A stretch of DNA of 64,000 bases from assembly GCF_030028105.1 (NCBI RefSeq), contig NC_092379.1:21739309-21803308 (forward strand), given 5' to 3'. The translations under genes and the position numbers were made by a program. Positions 61,227 to 64,000 of the stretch are shown piece by piece (the stretch's first letter is position 1; each line of letters opens with the position of its first letter). This stretch comes from Mobula birostris (Eukaryota). The notes under the pieces were generated by a model that had not been told where the DNA came from, made no database searches, and saw nothing but the letters and a program-made list of their open reading frames with translations.

Positions 61227-62441
61227 TCTGCTCTCAGGATGAGGCTTTTCATTCTAGGACAAGGGAGATGTCCTCCTTTTTTAAAGAAAGGGGCTTCCCT
61301 TCCCCCACTATCAACTCTGCTCTTAAACGCATCTCCCCCATTTCACGTACATCTGCTCTCACTCCATCCTCCTGCCACCACACTAGGAATAGGGTTCCCC
61401 TGGTCGTCACCTACCACCCCACCAGCCTCCGGGTCCAACATATTACTCTTCGTAACTTCCGCCACCTCCAATGGGATCCCACCACTAAGCACGTCTTTCT
61501 CTCCCCACCCTCTGTGCTTTCCTCAGGGATCACGCCCTACGCGACTCCCTTGTCCATTCGTCCCCCCCATCCCTCCCCACTGATCTCCCTCCTGGCACTT
61601 ATCCGTGTAATCGGAACAAGTGTTACACATGCCCTTACACTTCCTCCCTTACCACCATTCAGGGCCCCAAACAGTCCTTCCAGGTGAGGCGACACTTCAC
61701 CTGTGAGTCGGCTGGGGTGATATACTGCGTCCGGTGCCCCCGATGTGGCCTTTTATGCATTGGCGAGACCCGACGCAGACTGGGAGACCGCTTTGCTGAA
61801 CACCTACGCTCTGTCCGCCAGAGAAAGCAGGATCTCCCAGTGGCCACACATTTTAATTCCACATCCCATTCCCATTCTGACATGTCTATCCACGGCCTCT
61901 TCTACTGTAAAGATGAAGCCACACTCAGGTTGGGGGAACAACACCTTATATTCCGTCTTGGTAGCCTCCAACCTGATGGCATGAACATCGACTTCTCTAA
62001 CTTCCGCTAATGCCCCACCTCCCCCTCGTACCCCATCTGTTACTTATTTTTATACACACATTCTTTCTCTCACTCTCCTTTTTCTCCCTCTGTCCCTCTG
62101 AATATACCCCTTGCCCATGCTCTGGGTGCCCCCCCTCATTTTCTTTCTTCCCGGACCTCCTGTCCCATGATCCTCTTGTATCCCTTTTGCCAATCACCTA
62201 TGCAGCTCTTGGCTCCATCCCTCCCCCTCCTGTCTTCTCCTATCATTTTGGATCTCTCCCTCCCCCTCCAACTTTCAAATCTCTTACTCACTCTTCCTTC
62301 AGTTAGTCCTGACGAAGGGTCTCGGCCTGAAACTTCGACTGCACCTCTTCCTGGAGATGCTGCCTGGCCTGCTGCATTCACCAGCGACTTTGGTGTGTGT
62401 TGCTTGAATTTCCAGCATCTGCAGAATTCCTGTTGTTTGCG
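61227..62441 (+). mobile_element. Penelope-like element, 5'-truncated (RT C-terminus, GIY-YIG endonuclease, 3'UTR with HHR), 10 bp TSD
   Basis: VIYCVRCPRCGLLCIGETRRRLGDRFAEH (61684..62010); RVPLVVTYHP; TSD cctataatca at 61217-61226 and 62442-62451. Confidence 0.93.
62305..62340 (+). ncRNA. Hammerhead motif with stem III substitution
   Basis: agtc CTGACGA agggtctcggcct GAAAC TTC gact (GTC to TTC). Confidence 0.6.
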
Positions 62442-62991
62442 CCTATAATCACCAAGATCCTTTTCTGTAGTGAATACTGAAGCTAAGTATTCATTAAGTA
62501 CCTGTGCTATTTCCTCCGGTTCCATACACACTTTCCCACTGTCACACTTGATAGGTCCTATTCATTCACGTCTTATCCTCTTGCTCTTCACATACTTGTA
62601 GAATGCCTTGGGATTTTCCTTAATCCTGCCCGCCAAGGCCTTCTCATAGCCCCTTCTGGCTCTCCTAATTTCCTTCTTAAGCTCTTTCCTGTTAGTCTTA
62701 TAATCTTCTAGATCTCTAACATTACCTAGCTCTCTGAACCTTTCATAAGCTTTTCTTTTCTTCTTGACTAGATTTACTGCAGCCTTTGTACACCACGGTT
62801 CCTGTACCCTACCATAACTTCCCTGTCCCATTGGAATGTACCTATGCAGAACTCTACACAAATATCCCCTGAACATTTGCCACATTTCTTCCATACCTTT
62901 CCCGAGAACATCTGTTCCCAATTTAAGCTTCCAAGTTCCTGCCTGATAACCTCCTAATTCTCCTTACTCCAATTAAACACTTTTCTAACTT

Positions 62992-63088
62992 GCAACACAC
63001 ATAAAAGTTGCTGGTGAACGCAGCAGGCCAGGCAGCATCTTCTAGGAAGAGGTGCAGTCGACGTTTCAGGCTGAGACCCGTCGTCAGG
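62992..63088 (-). mobile_element. 97 bp HHR-containing mini-PLE insertion with 13 bp TSD
   Basis: TSD acttttctaactt at 62979-62991 and 63089-63101; CR1 continues on both sides. Confidence 0.9.
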
Positions 63089-63091
63089 ACT
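63056..63091 (-). ncRNA. Minimal type I hammerhead ribozyme motif, intact core
   Basis: agtc CTGACGA c gggtctcagcct GAAAC GTC gact. Confidence 0.8.
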
Positions 63092-64000
63092 TTTCTAACT
63101 TTTTCCTTTTTCTCGCCAATACTATTGTAAATGAGATAGAATAATGATCACTATCTCCAAAATGCTCTCCCACTGAGAGATCTGACACCTGACCAGGTTC
63201 ATTTCCCAATACCAAATCAAGTAGTCTCTCCTCTTGTAGGCTCATCTACATATTGTGTCTAGAAACCCTCCTGAACACACCTAACAAACTACACCCCATT
63301 TAAACCCTTTGCTCTGGGGAGATGCCAATCGATATTTGGGAAATTAAATCAACCACCACGACAACTATGTTATGATTACACCTTTCCAGGATCTGTTTCC
63401 CTACCTGCTCCTCGATATCCCTGTTATTATTGGGTGACCGAAAAAAACACCCAGTAGAGTTATTGACCCCTTCCTGTTCCTAACTTCCATCCACAGAGAC
63501 TCCGTAGACAATCCCTCCATGACATCCACCTTTTTTGCAACCGTGACACTATCTCTGATCAACAGTGCCACGCCCTCACCTCTTTTGCCTCCCTCCCTGT
63601 CCTTTCTGAAACATCTAAAACCCGGCACTTGAAGTAACCATTCCTGTCCCTGAACCATCCAAGTCTCTGTAATGGCCAACATATCATAGCTCGAAGTACT
63701 GATCCACGCTCTAAGCTCATCCGCTTTGTTCACAATACTTCTTTCATTAAAATAGACACATCTCAAACTGTCGGTCTGAGTGCGTCCCTTCTCTATCACC
63801 TGCCTTTCCTCCCTCACACACTGTCTCCAAGCTTTCTCTATTTGTGAGCCAATCGCCTCTTCCCCAGTCTCTTCAGTTCGGTTCCCACCCCCGAAAAATT
63901 CTAGTTTAAACTCTCCCCAGTAGCCTTAGCAAACCTCCCCGCCAGGGTAATAGTCCCCTGGGATTCAAGTGCAACCTGTCATTTTTGTACAGGTCACACC

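Larger units (their letters stand above)
61050..64000 (-). mobile_element. CR1 LINE (ORF1 end, EN, linker, RT start) interrupted by two PLE insertions
   Basis: LRCVYFNERSIVNKADELRAWI, AITETW, ALAGRIKENPKAFYKYV, KSPGPDEMYPRLL. Confidence 0.92.

Noticed and set aside
1-64000. tRNA, rRNA, or intact NACHT/zinc-finger/TRIM coding exons
   Set aside because: No cloverleaf, rRNA motif, Walker A NACHT motif or C2H2 array found by eye or in the ORF track.

Overview
Eukaryotic, almost entirely retroelement-derived 64 kb window. The repeat families (CR1 LINEs with an SGNH-esterase ORF1, AT-rich L1/Tx1, Rex1/Babar, GIY-YIG Penelope-like elements [PLEs], Gypsy LTRs) suggest a cartilaginous fish, probably a ray; this is inference. 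I found no intact host gene, tRNA, rRNA or CRISPR array, and every retroelement ORF is fragmentary or interrupted. Structure: a ~12 kb direct segmental duplication (A ~20973-33511, B ~38724-50688) with copy-specific insertions and deletions, a ~3 kb inverted duplication (34693-37659 vs 53363-56022), and a 247-N gap. Most interesting: (i) eight PLE minimal hammerhead-ribozyme (HHR) motifs, two of them as ~100 bp HHR-plus-tail mini-insertions with target-site duplications (TSDs) and the same 5' boundary; (ii) a composite PLE insertion with two tandem copies of its 56 bp 3' tail exactly where copy A switches from direct to inverted homology with copy B; (iii) a duplicated promoter-like cluster of CCAAT boxes; (iv) two CR1 copies sharing one premature stop; (v) candidate exons in the little unique DNA at 56.6-61.0 kb. 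Boundaries were read by eye and are approximate unless a TSD or terminal motif is cited.
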